Assembly (NCBI GenBank): GCA_963817395.1
Contig: CAWFOC010000004.1
Coordinates: forward strand, 564,914 to 628,913
DNA: 64,000 nt
Reading direction: 5' to 3'
Origin: an uncultured Acidobacteriota bacterium
GTDB taxonomy: Bacteria > Acidobacteriota > Vicinamibacteria > Vicinamibacterales > CAVPJW01
A program made the translations under genes and the position numbers. The number at the start of each line of letters is the position of its first letter. The stretch's first letter is position 1. This document shows, one piece after another, positions 8,888 through 18,675 of the stretch. The notes beneath the pieces are model-generated. The model did not search any database, was not told where the DNA came from, and saw only the letters and a list, made by a program, of their open reading frames with translations.

Positions 8888-11497
8888 CGGGTGCTTCGGC
8901 CGACGTCCCGTCAGCGCTCGTCCCTCCCTCGACATTCCGATCATCGTTTCCGTCCGCGATCCCGGTACGAGCCGTCGACGCGAACCGGTCACGCTTGGCG
9001 TGCCATTTCCGCCGGGTGCGTGCCCCGACCCGAACCGCTTGTGGCTCTCGGGCCCGGACGATCGTCCCACTCCGGTCCAGACGCGCGTGCTCGATCAGTG
9101 GGCGGATGGCTCGGCCCGATGGCTCTTGTCGATTTTCGCGCCGACAGCCATGCAGCAGGAGACATCGTCTACCGACTGCGTGACGGAGCAACGGAGACGC
9201 CTGCCGCGGAAGGGCGGCTGTTAGTGGAAGCGCTCGAGCGGGCGGTGACCGTTGATATCGGGTGCGGGCGTCTGGTTTTTCCACGCACCGGCGGATTCCG
9301 CATCGAATACGAACGATCCGATTCAACGAGGCACTCAAGGCAATCCTTCGTCGAGGTGGGCGTGCGTGACGACCGGGGAGACGCTGCGCTCGTGGAGCTC
9401 ACCGATCTCCGAATTGAAGAAGAAGGCCCCTTGAGATCGGTGGTGTTCGCGCGGGCTGGCGTGCGTCGTGCGGATGGTGAGTCACTTGTCGATCTGATCG
9501 TGCGCACCCATGTGTTCCATGGACTGGCTGCCGTTCGCTGTCATGTGACCGTTCGCAATCTCCGCCGAGCGCGTCATGCAGGCGGATTCTGGGAGCTCGG
9601 CGACGAGCAGTCGGTCTTCCTCACCGAGATGTTCGTCGCCGTCGAGTCGCTCGGGACGACCGCGGCGGACACTCTCTGTTCGATCGACGAGCATGCGCCG
9701 CTGAGGGTCTTGGGCTCGCCACTGTCGGTGTATCAGGACTCGAGCGGAGGACCGAACTGGCGGAGTGCGGCACACGTGAATCGATTCGGCCAGGTCCGTC
9801 ATCGCTTCCGGGGTTACCGGATGCGCGGTGGCCTGTCGGATGAGCACGGGCTGACGCGCTTCGCCCGTGGTGGTTCGTCGAGACGACGACGGCGAAGTGT
9901 CGGCAACCGTCAGGCACTTCTGGCAAAATTTCCCAATCGCCGCCGAAGCGGACGGACGACGGATCACGTTGCGTCTCCTGGCGCCTCAATACGACGATCT
10001 GCACGAGCTCCAGGCCGGGGAGCAGAAGACATATGAGATCGGTCTTGGACTCGATGCCGATCCAACGCCGATGTCCCGCTCAATTGGTGTCGAGTGCCGC
10101 TGCTCGTGCGCACCGATCCTCCGTGGTATGCCCGGGCGCGCGCCGCACCGTACCTGGTGCCTGCGCGCGACGACCCTCATATCCAACTATCTGCGTCTGG
10201 TGAACGCCGCGATTGAGGGGCCGGATACGTTCGAGCTGAAGCGCGAGCGCGTGGACGAGTACGGCTGGCGTCACTTCGGCGATCTCTACGCCGATCACGA
10301 GGCGGTGCGCGATTCTGGTCCCGAGCCTCTCGTCTCGCACTACAACAACCAATACGATGCCCTGGCAGGGTTCATCTACCACTTTTTCCGGACCGGCGAT
10401 GACCGCTGGTGGAGCCTGCTGGGACCTCTGGCCTCGCACGTTGCCGACATCGACGTGTATCACACGGAGCGCGACCGATCGGCATACAACCGCGGGCTGT
10501 TCTGGCACACCTTCCATTACCTCGATGCCGGGCTGTCCACGCACCGCTGCTACCCGCGCAGCCCCGGCGTCGGCGGCGGTGGACCATCCGCCGAGCACAA
10601 CTACACGACCGGCTTGATGCTCCATTACTTTCTGACGGGCGATCCGCGAAGCCGCGAGGCCGCGTTGGATCTGGCGCGCTGGGTCATCGACATGGACGAT
10701 GGCACGAGGACGCCGTTCAGATGGCTGACCCGCCAAGACACGGGACTGGCGAGCTCCACCGCCGACCTGGGCTATCACGGCCCGGGCCGTGGTGCTGGAA
10801 ACTCGGTCGTGACGCTGCTGAACGCGTGGCGGCTGACGGGTGACCGCCGCTACCTCGAGAAGGCCGAGGGGCTGATTCGCAGATGCATCAACCCCTCGGA
10901 TGACATCGAGGCGCTCAATCTGCTCGATGCCTGAGCGACGCTGGTCGTACCACCGTCTTTCTGCAGGCCCTCGGCCGATACCTCGACCAGAAAGCGGATG
11001 CCGGCGAGCTCGACGCAAGATATCGCTACGCACGGAGCAGCCTGCTGCGCTACGCCACCTGGATGGCGGCGCGAGAGTATCCCTACCTCGAGATACCAGA
11101 AAAGCTCGAATACCCCACTGAAACGTGGGCGGCCCAGGACATGCGCAAGAGCGAGGTGTTCAAGATGGCGGCCCGACACAGCACAGGAACGCCGCGTGAG
11201 CGGTTTCTCGAGCGCTCGGCATTCTTCTTCGAGAACTGCACGCGCACCTTGGCGTCGATGCCGACACGCACGCTGGTGCGCCCCGTGGCGATTCTCCTGA
11301 CGAACGGCTTCTCGCATGCCTACTTCATGCGGCACCCGGACACACGGGCCCCGGCCGTGGAAGAGCGCCGCGAGGACTTCGGTGCCCCCGAGCGTTTCAT
11401 CCCTCAGAAAATCCGCGCCATCCGCCGGGCGATGATGGTGATGGGCGGTCTGCTGCTGACGGCCGCCCTCGGGTGCGCGTATCTGCTCCTGCGGTAA
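8884..11497 (+). CDS. Large conserved protein, tentatively YetA/PcRGLX-like glycan lyase architecture; C-terminal TM helix; at least 6 frame changes
   Basis: Coding pieces occur in ORFs 9000..9224 (EPVTLGVPFPPGACPDPNRLWLSG...VQTRVLDQWADGSARWLL), 8891..10036, 9867..10934 (RHFWQNFPIAAEADG...; YNNQYDALAGFIYHFFRTGDDRWW) and 11063..11497. The GTG start overlaps the upstream stop. The fold assignment is from memory only. Confidence 0.4.
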
Positions 11498-11616
11498 CGC
11501 CCGCATCAACCAATTGCGCCACGGTGCTACCCGCCGTCGTCAGACCGCGGCAGTCTGCACGGACAACGTGAAGACGCCCGCGGCGATTTCGGAATCGAGG
11601 AGGCAAGTTCCGAGGT

Positions 11617-12804
11617 TCAGCGGCGCGCTGCCGACTCGAGAATGCCGGGCAGCGCGGCGAGTTGGTCTGGCCACCCGAGGCGGCTGAGGTCGGCGCACGC
11701 CGCGCGCTTGCGGCGCTCGGTGGAAGGACGGGCCAGCAGGTCGAGCAGGGCGCGCGCAAAGGCGTCCGCCGTGTCCGCGACAGTGCATGCACATCCGACC
11801 TCGCGCGGCAGGCCTTCGGCCACGACCGACGTGACGACGACCGGAAGTCCGGCGGCGATGGCTTCGAGGACCTTGTTCTGGATGCCGCGTGCAGAGCTGA
11901 GCGGCGCGACGGAGACGGCCGCGCGCCAGAGATACGGCCGGACGTCGCTCACCGCGCCCGTAACCTCAACGGTCGGGTCCGTTCGCGCGAGCGACATGAC
12001 GGCCCGGTCGGGATCGGACCCAACCAGCGCAAGGCGGGCGTCTGGACGCTCGCGTCGCACGAGCGGCCACACCGTGCTCGCCAACCAGCGCGCGGCGTCC
12101 ACGTTGGGCGCATAGTTCATGACCCCGCAAAAGACGACGCGCGGATCGCTGGCAGGCGGGTCGGATGGGCGAAAGGCCGACACGTCGACGCCGTTCGGCA
12201 CGACGTGGATGGCCGCGGTTGTCCGGCCCGCCAGGACCGCACGTTCCCGTTCGTTGACGACCAGTGTGGCCTCCGCGCGCTCAGCCGCAGCGACCTCGAA
12301 ACCAGCCAGGCAACGGCCCTCGCGCGCGTAAATCCACCTTCGCGGTCCGTGAACGGTCGTCGCCAGCGTGTGCCACTTTTCCGAATCGACGTCCACCATG
12401 TCCAGGACGAAGGGAACCTCGCTCAAGGGCGCTTCAAGCGCGAACCGTGCCATGCCTGAGCAGTAGGACAGGACCACATCAGGGCGGTGCTCCGTCATGA
12501 GCCTGGAAGCCGCCTGCAGGAGATCCGGCGAATCGAGCAGCGCGTGTGTGAGCGGTCGGGTCGTCGGAAGGCTCAAGAGACCTCGGCCGATGTTTGCAAG
12601 GCGCGGCACGGACGCGGTCGCCACGCGTGCGACCAGGCCACGAAGCTCGGACGTATGCGACTGTTCTTCGATGTCGTGGACCAGCGACAGCAAGTCCACT
12701 TCGATGCGCGCGGCCTCGAGCGTCTTCAGAATATGGAACGCGCGGATTCGATCGCCTCGATTGGGAGCGTATGGCAGGCGGTGGGTGAGAAACAGCACTC
12801 TCAT
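11617..12804 (-). CDS. GT4 glycosyltransferase (PEP-CTERM/EpsH1-associated 'stp1'-like)
   Basis: N-terminus MRVLFLTHRLPYAPNRGDRIRAFHILKTL is characteristic of this family, and the ORF is intact. The ATG at 12804 lies 1 nt after the upstream stop; the ORF-track start at 12828 would overlap that gene. Confidence 0.75.
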   Translation of the reverse strand: MRVLFLTHRLPYAPNRGDRIRAFHILKTLEAARIEVDLLSLVHDIEEQSHTSELRGLVARVATASVPRLANIGRGLLSLPTTRPLTHALLDSPDLLQAASRLMTEHRPDVVLSYCSGMARFALEAPLSEVPFVLDMVDVDSEKWHTLATTVHGPRRWIYAREGRCLAGFEVAAAERAEATLVVNERERAVLAGRTTAAIHVVPNGVDVSAFRPSDPPASDPRVVFCGVMNYAPNVDAARWLASTVWPLVRRERPDARLALVGSDPDRAVMSLARTDPTVEVTGAVSDVRPYLWRAAVSVAPLSSARGIQNKVLEAIAAGLPVVVTSVVAEGLPREVGCACTVADTADAFARALLDLLARPSTERRKRAACADLSRLGWPDQLAALPGILESAARR

Positions 12805-12805
12805 A

Positions 12806-13402
12806 TCACGTAGTGGCCACCCCTTCACGGCTGCTCACCACGCGCGCGGGAACGCCCGCGACGACGACGCGATCAGGTACGGGCTTGGTGACCACCGCGC
12901 CGGCACCGACCACGCTGTCACGGCCGACATCCGCCATGACGATCGCGGCGCTTCCGATCCACGAGCCGGCTCCGATCCGCACCAGTCTGCGGATCCCGGG
13001 CTGGTCGCGGATTGGTGTCGCCACATCGGAAGTGCCGTGGAGACGGCCGCCGCTCGGCACATGAACGCCTGGTGCCAGCAGTACGTCGTGTTCGATGTGC
13101 ACGAGCCCGAGGCAACACCCCGGGCCGACATACGCGCGCGCGTCGATACGCGCGCCCGCTTTCGAGAACACCGTGCCGAACTCGATGGTGGCAGTCCGGT
13201 CGCAGTGATCCAGGGCACGCGCGAGGAACGCGCGTCGCAAGTACTGTCCCAGGATTCCCGGGAAGAGCGACAGCGCCTGCGTCGAGCCTTCGAGCGCCCG
13301 ATCACGGCCGACGACCGCAGATCGAAGCAGGAACGACAGCAGAGCCGGGGCCACCGCCAAGGATGCCGCGGCGTAGCCGAGCAGCTTCAAGGCTTCTCTC
13401 AC
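12806..13402 (-). CDS. Hexapeptide-repeat (LbH) O-acetyltransferase
   Basis: An N-terminal hydrophobic segment is followed by hexapeptide repeats (VRIGAGSWIGSAAIVMADVGRDSVVGAGAVV). Confidence 0.7.
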   Translation of the reverse strand: MREALKLLGYAAASLAVAPALLSFLLRSAVVGRDRALEGSTQALSLFPGILGQYLRRAFLARALDHCDRTATIEFGTVFSKAGARIDARAYVGPGCCLGLVHIEHDVLLAPGVHVPSGGRLHGTSDVATPIRDQPGIRRLVRIGAGSWIGSAAIVMADVGRDSVVGAGAVVTKPVPDRVVVAGVPARVVSSREGVATT

Positions 13403-14583
13403 GCCGATACCCAGGATTCGTGGCCCTCGCGCGGTTCACCGGGCCGGGTGGATGAGGCCAGTTCCTCGTACAGGGATTCCAGCGTGCGCCTCCGTGCAGA
13501 GAATGAGAGATCGTGCTCGACGCGCGAGCGGGCCGTTCGCACGCGCTGTGCGGTACCGACGGGGTCGGCGAATGTTCGTTCGATCGCGGCCGCGAGAGCC
13601 TGCGTATTGCGTGGCGGGACCAGCAATCCATGTACACCGTCGGCCACGAGTTCATCCGTTCCGCCGACCGCAGTCGCCACGATCGGCGTTTCGAGCGCCA
13701 TGGCTTCGAGCACTGCGTTCGGCGTGCCCTCGGAATCGGAAGACTGGACGAACACGTCGAAGGCGTTGTGCAGATCGGCGACGTCCAGTCGCTGACCCAG
13801 AAATGAACAGACGCCTGCGGGCAGTGTCCGGCGGGCCTGGTCCTGAAGATCCTCGAGCAGGCCTCCGGTTCCGGCGATCACCAGACGGATCGCGGGCCGC
13901 GATCGCACGAGTGTCGCGACCGCGGCGATGAGCAGATCGAACCGCTTCACGGGCAGCAGGCTGCCCACCGCTCCCACCACCAGGTGTTCGTTCGTGAAAC
14001 CGAGCGAAGCCCGCACAAGACCCCGGCGCTGAGGCTCACGGCGGAACACGGTCTCGTCAATTGCGTTGAGCACTGTTCGAATTCGTTCCGGGCGCGCGCC
14101 GCTCCGGATGAGCGTGGCGCGGATCTTGCTCGACACGGCCACGAGCAGCGGAAAGGAGGCGAGCAGCCATCGATCAGCCGGGTAGTAGATGTAGCGCTCG
14201 CGGAACGTCCGGCCCGCCCAGCCGTGTACAGTGGACATCACTTTGACTGCGGACGTCCGGGCAAGAATCCATGCCAGAAAGTCGGTCTTGTAGTCGTGCG
14301 CATGCACGATCTGGATATGTCGATCCCGGATGATGCTCGTCAGCGCGGGCCACATCCGCGGATCGAAAGAGCTCCGTTCCAAAATCTCGACATAATCAAC
14401 GCCCAGCTGGCGTGCTCGAGCGTCGATGGCAAAGATGTCGTCACGGTCACTTCTCATGTAGCACACGGTAATGGCGAATCGCCGGGCATCGGCCTGCGCC
14501 GCGCCGAGAAGGATCGTCTTTTCAGGGCCGCCGCCCGTGCCACGGACAGAGCGCAGCTCGAGAATGCGAATGGGCCCCGTCAT
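13399..14583 (-). CDS. GT4 glycosyltransferase
   Basis: Starts MTGPIRILELRSVRGTGGGPEKTIL and has a C-terminal GT1/GT4 core (SDSEGTPNAVLEAMALETPIVATAVGGTDELV). The ATG at 14583 forms an ATGA overlap with the upstream stop. Confidence 0.75.
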   Translation of the reverse strand: MTGPIRILELRSVRGTGGGPEKTILLGAAQADARRFAITVCYMRSDRDDIFAIDARARQLGVDYVEILERSSFDPRMWPALTSIIRDRHIQIVHAHDYKTDFLAWILARTSAVKVMSTVHGWAGRTFRERYIYYPADRWLLASFPLLVAVSSKIRATLIRSGARPERIRTVLNAIDETVFRREPQRRGLVRASLGFTNEHLVVGAVGSLLPVKRFDLLIAAVATLVRSRPAIRLVIAGTGGLLEDLQDQARRTLPAGVCSFLGQRLDVADLHNAFDVFVQSSDSEGTPNAVLEAMALETPIVATAVGGTDELVADGVHGLLVPPRNTQALAAAIERTFADPVGTAQRVRTARSRVEHDLSFSARRRTLESLYEELASSTRPGEPREGHESWVSA

Positions 14584-15590
14584 CTCGCGACCGCACGCGG
14601 GACGGCGGCCGTCGCGTGGCGGCGATGCGGCATCCTGACGACGAGCGCCGCCGCGCGAGCCAGGTCGTATGTGCCGGCCACGGCGAGAGCCTGCAGCAGA
14701 TCCGCGGCGGCAAACGACCGGCGGTGAGCCAGGATCCTGAGCGCGCGCAGCGCGGCGAGCACGACGAACGCCGATGCGGCCAGGACAGCGGGCCACCAGC
14801 CGATGACTCGCGCGGCAGCCACGCCGACGATGGTGCCAGCGACAAGCCCCAGATCGACGATCGGAATGACGATGCTCGGCAGCTCACGCGCGGATACTGG
14901 CCCGCGAACGCTCACACGCAGGTTGTCACGGCCGCGCCACAGCTCGCCGACGAACAGGGCTCTGAGCGTTTCCGGATCGCCAAAGTGCGTATTTTCCATG
15001 CGATCGTCGGCGACGATGCGCCCGCCAGAGTCGCGCAGGCGCCGACAGAAGTCGACGTCCTCGCAGGTTTCGAGGCGTACGTCGAAGCCGCCGAGCTCGT
15101 GGAACGTCTTCGCGGGCACCGCCAGGTTTCCGCTGCCCAGCCAGTCGACATCGCGTCTGCCCGGTTGATGCAGGCGCATCCCGTCGTACATGCGCTGAAC
15201 CCAGGTGCCATCCGCTGGGGCGTGACAGGGCGCACCGGCGGCTAGAACCCCGTCGCCATCGAGCGCGTCGACGGCTGTGTCGATCCACATCCGTCCGATC
15301 TCGTGATCGGCGTCCACGAATGCCAGAATCTGACCTCGAGCGATCTTGGCGCCCGCATTCCGCAGTTCTGCCACACGGGCAGCCGGGTCGACCAGTGTCA
15401 CGGCACCTGCGGCCCGCGCGACGGCGACGGAGTCGTCAGTGGAGCCGTTGTCGATGACCACGGTTTCGACCAGCTCGGTCGGGTAGGTGTTATGCCGGAT
15501 CGATGCGAGACACCGCTCCAGTCTGCGGGCATCGTTTCTGACCGGAATCACGAACGAGACAGTCGGGTGCGCACGCTGGCCTGCAGTCAC
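14580..15590 (-). CDS. GT2 glycosyltransferase with C-terminal TM segments
   Basis: Contains VSFVIPVRNDARRLERCLASI...VIDNGSTDDS...LAFVDADH (DxD), followed by C-terminal hydrophobic helices. Confidence 0.8.
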   Translation of the reverse strand: MTAGQRAHPTVSFVIPVRNDARRLERCLASIRHNTYPTELVETVVIDNGSTDDSVAVARAAGAVTLVDPAARVAELRNAGAKIARGQILAFVDADHEIGRMWIDTAVDALDGDGVLAAGAPCHAPADGTWVQRMYDGMRLHQPGRRDVDWLGSGNLAVPAKTFHELGGFDVRLETCEDVDFCRRLRDSGGRIVADDRMENTHFGDPETLRALFVGELWRGRDNLRVSVRGPVSARELPSIVIPIVDLGLVAGTIVGVAAARVIGWWPAVLAASAFVVLAALRALRILAHRRSFAAADLLQALAVAGTYDLARAAALVVRMPHRRHATAAVPRAVAR

Positions 15591-16848
15591 GGATTGCGGC
15601 TCGGCTGAAGCTCGAACGCGCCTGCGTCGGACGTATCTGGGTCGCGCGGGCTCTTGTCGAAGTCGTCGACAATGTCGGCCAGCGGCACGCCGGCGTTAAC
15701 GGCCGGAACGGTCGGTCCCGCGAGATGCAGATCGGCCGCCGCCGCATCGACGAACCACGGGCGAGCGGCTGTGGCGAGATTGCCATGCTGGTCGGCCTGG
15801 CCGCCGTCGCGCAGGGTGATGGCCCGGTTCGTCAGGTTGTTCCGGACTTTGACGCTCGTCAGCGGGAACCGAATGCTGATGGACCAGGGAAGCTGGCCTT
15901 CGACCAAAACGGTGTTGTGGTCGATCGAGAGGTCGCGTGCGGCGTTCGCCTCAATCCCCTCGTCGCCCCAGGAGTTGAGGTTCCAGACGACGTTGTTGAG
16001 GATTCGACCGCCCTGATGATCGAAGTATCGTTCGCCGTCGCGCGCAGTACCGTTCACCGGGCCCAGACCGAATGCGATTCCCCGGAAAGAATCGACAATC
16101 AGATTGCGCTCGACGATGGTGTTCTGGGAATTGGCCCAGAAGAGCACCGCGGGGCCGGCGTTGCGGCGATTCTGGGGTCCGCGAATCCTCGAAAACCTAT
16201 TGTCGCGAACGATCCATCCTCGGCCAGAGAGGATGTCGATGCCGTTCGTATAGTCCCCCGGGGCGTGATCGGTGTATCGATCAACGAACACGCCAGCAAC
16301 CCATCGTCCGGTCCTCGCCCGTCGGAGCCGACGCTGCCCTTGATGAGCTGCTGTCCCGTGTTGACCACTCGGATGTTCTGCAGCACGACATTCGAGGCTC
16401 CGCGCTCGCCACGAACCTGCACGCCGTGAAAGCGCACGTACCCAACCGTCAGGTCGGCCAGCGTGACGTGGCTCGCACTGATCGACAGGGCGACGCCCAC
16501 GTTCGGTTCCTGCATTCCGTCGCCGCGCACGATCACCTTGCCGCGATCACCGCTTCGGCCACGAATCACGACGCGCTCCGTCGAGATGTCCAGCATGCGA
16601 TCGAGGCGATATTCTCCCTCTTCCAGCAGAATCGTGGTCCCTGGTTTCGCGTCTGCCACCAGCCTGCGAAGTTCGTCCATGTTCCTGGCCGTGCGAGTGA
16701 TCGACGTCTGGGGCGGCGTCCACCCGCAACGTGGATCTGTCGCCGGACTCTGCGGGCCACCGGACGTCGAGGTACCGTGCGCGGCAACGATAGTTGCAAG
16801 CGCGGCGACGAACGAAAAGCCGAGGCGCGATCCGCGGCTACGGTGCAT
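15587..16848 (-). CDS. Secreted right-handed beta-helix protein (pectate-lyase-superfamily-like); one frameshift near 16294
   Basis: ORF 16099..16869 supplies a signal peptide (RLGFSFVAALATIVAAHG), and ORF 15587..16291 supplies repeated NxxI/V beta-helix rungs (IVRDNRF, IVERNLI, ILNNVVW, SIDHNTV, KVRNNL). TAATG couples it to the upstream gene and ATGA to the downstream gene. Confidence 0.55.
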
Positions 16849-18674
16849 TACAGGTTCTCCCTTTGCCAAAGCTCGATCACGAGGAGCCCTTCGAGCAGGT
16901 AGACGCGATCGGCGCGGCCCTCGCGAGTTTCTGCGACGAGTCGTTTCAGGGCATCCTCACGGAAGACTCCCCGTGACAGAGTGCGTTCATCGAGCAACAC
17001 CGCCTCGACCGATTCGAGCAAGCTGCGACGCATCCACCGCTCGAAGCTATGGTAGTGCCGATAACCGTAGACATTCAGCCGCTTCAGCACGGTGTTGAGC
17101 TTGTCGTGGAGCACCTCAGCGGTAGGACCCGCTCCGGCCGGTGCGCCGGTGTTCGAATTGCGCACACGCAGCAGCCGTGGGTTCCCGTCGCGGATGATCG
17201 CCTGGTGGATGTCGCACTTGTCCCGCCAGCGGGCCGGCGCGCGAAAAAGAGCCGCGAGAAAATCGGTGTCCGTGAACGGCAGCCGGACCTCGACGGCGTG
17301 CCGGAAGAGCTCCAGCGAGGGAACGGTAAGGCGCCGGTGCTGCTCCATCAGATAGAGATACGTGCACAAATCCGGCGGCGACAGATCGACCTGATCGAGG
17401 CTCTCTTCCAGTGACCGACGAGGTTGGCCTTCAACAGGCTCGTACCATTGCGGCATGAGCAGATCGCGCAACGTGACGTCGCGGCTGACGTAACTGGCCC
17501 GGTGGAGCAGATAGGCGATCAGCTGGGACTTGTCGCGCATCGCGTAGATCTGCGCATCGGTTTGAAACGGCCACGCCAGGCTGGCCTTGGCGAGCTCGCC
17601 CCCGTGGCCGCGGAGCAGCACACTGCACTCGGCCGCCCGGACCGCCTCAAGGGCGAGGATCTCGGTGAGCCCGTGACTCAGGTACATCCCGTCAGTGAGC
17701 GACACCATGCGCTCGAAATTCGACTGAAAGTTGATCAGATATGTGCCGTTCAACTCGCTGAACGTATTGCGGACACCCGAGATGCGCGCGAGCTCGATGG
17801 CGATCACTTCATCCGCACAGCCCTTGACGCCCAACGTAAAAGTGGAGAGATCGTGATTCGCCATGGCGAGCACGGCACGGCTGTCGAGGCCGCCCGACAG
17901 TGACAGGCCGAATCGATGGTCGCCCGACAAGGCCCGCCTCACCGCGCTCTGGAAGGCGTCCGTGAGCTCTTCGATATACGCCTGGTGACTGCCGGTCCAT
18001 GACGTGAACAGATCGGCCACGTGGAAATACTGGTCGACTACGCACCGGCCGTCGTTCCACGAATAGGTGAGCGTCGACCCTGGTGGCAGCAGCTGAACGC
18101 CCGCGGCGGGCGTCTTGGCGCCAAAGATGACGCCGAACGTCAGAAAATCTGCAATTGCGCGGGGATCGAGCGCCCTCGGCACCAGCGGATCCCGCAGCGC
18201 CGACTTCAACGCTGAAGAGAATGTGAAACGTTCGGCCCCGTGGTACCAGTACAGCGGATACGACCCGATTGGATCGCTCACCAGTATGAGACGACGGAGA
18301 CCCTCATCGAGGATGACCAGGCAGTAGGCACCCCTCAGCTGTGAGAGACCCTGGACGTCGTGTCGTTCATACAGGCGGCGGATGATGTTCGCGGGAGCGT
18401 TCGACCCGGCATGTGGGTCCTCGCGCAGGGACGACTGCAATTCGGACGCGTTGGACAGGTCGCCGTGAAAAAGGACTTGAATCGGACGCCCATCCAACTG
18501 AGCATCCGGTTCGAGCACGCCGAGGTGCGCACGGCCGAGACCCCAGTGTCCTTCGGGATCGACAGCAGACTCGCGCGCCAGCCCGCCGTCGCCGTGAAGC
18601 GGCTCCAACAGCGTTCGGATGAGCGCGCCGGCGCCAGTCGTTGCGTGTTGAACGAAACCAGCAAGTCCTGGCAC
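16848..18674 (-). CDS. Asparagine-synthetase-B-like protein lacking the N-terminal Cys nucleophile
   Basis: PP-loop SLSGGLDSR is present in the C-terminal synthetase domain. The N-terminus reads M-P-G-L-A-G-F where AsnB-type enzymes have M-C-G-I-A-G. Confidence 0.75.
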   Translation of the reverse strand: MPGLAGFVQHATTGAGALIRTLLEPLHGDGGLARESAVDPEGHWGLGRAHLGVLEPDAQLDGRPIQVLFHGDLSNASELQSSLREDPHAGSNAPANIIRRLYERHDVQGLSQLRGAYCLVILDEGLRRLILVSDPIGSYPLYWYHGAERFTFSSALKSALRDPLVPRALDPRAIADFLTFGVIFGAKTPAAGVQLLPPGSTLTYSWNDGRCVVDQYFHVADLFTSWTGSHQAYIEELTDAFQSAVRRALSGDHRFGLSLSGGLDSRAVLAMANHDLSTFTLGVKGCADEVIAIELARISGVRNTFSELNGTYLINFQSNFERMVSLTDGMYLSHGLTEILALEAVRAAECSVLLRGHGGELAKASLAWPFQTDAQIYAMRDKSQLIAYLLHRASYVSRDVTLRDLLMPQWYEPVEGQPRRSLEESLDQVDLSPPDLCTYLYLMEQHRRLTVPSLELFRHAVEVRLPFTDTDFLAALFRAPARWRDKCDIHQAIIRDGNPRLLRVRNSNTGAPAGAGPTAEVLHDKLNTVLKRLNVYGYRHYHSFERWMRRSLLESVEAVLLDERTLSRGVFREDALKRLVAETREGRADRVYLLEGLLVIELWQRENL

Positions 18675-18675
18675 G

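Noticed and set aside
11400-11497. C-terminal TM helix plus terminal Arg on the large 8884..11497 protein, considered as a PEP-CTERM-like exosortase sorting signal
   Set aside because: There is no PEP motif adjacent to the helix (APERFIPQKIRAIRR lies 13 residues upstream and is basic). There is only a single terminal Arg, and no N-terminal signal peptide was detected. It looks like a plain C-terminal membrane anchor.
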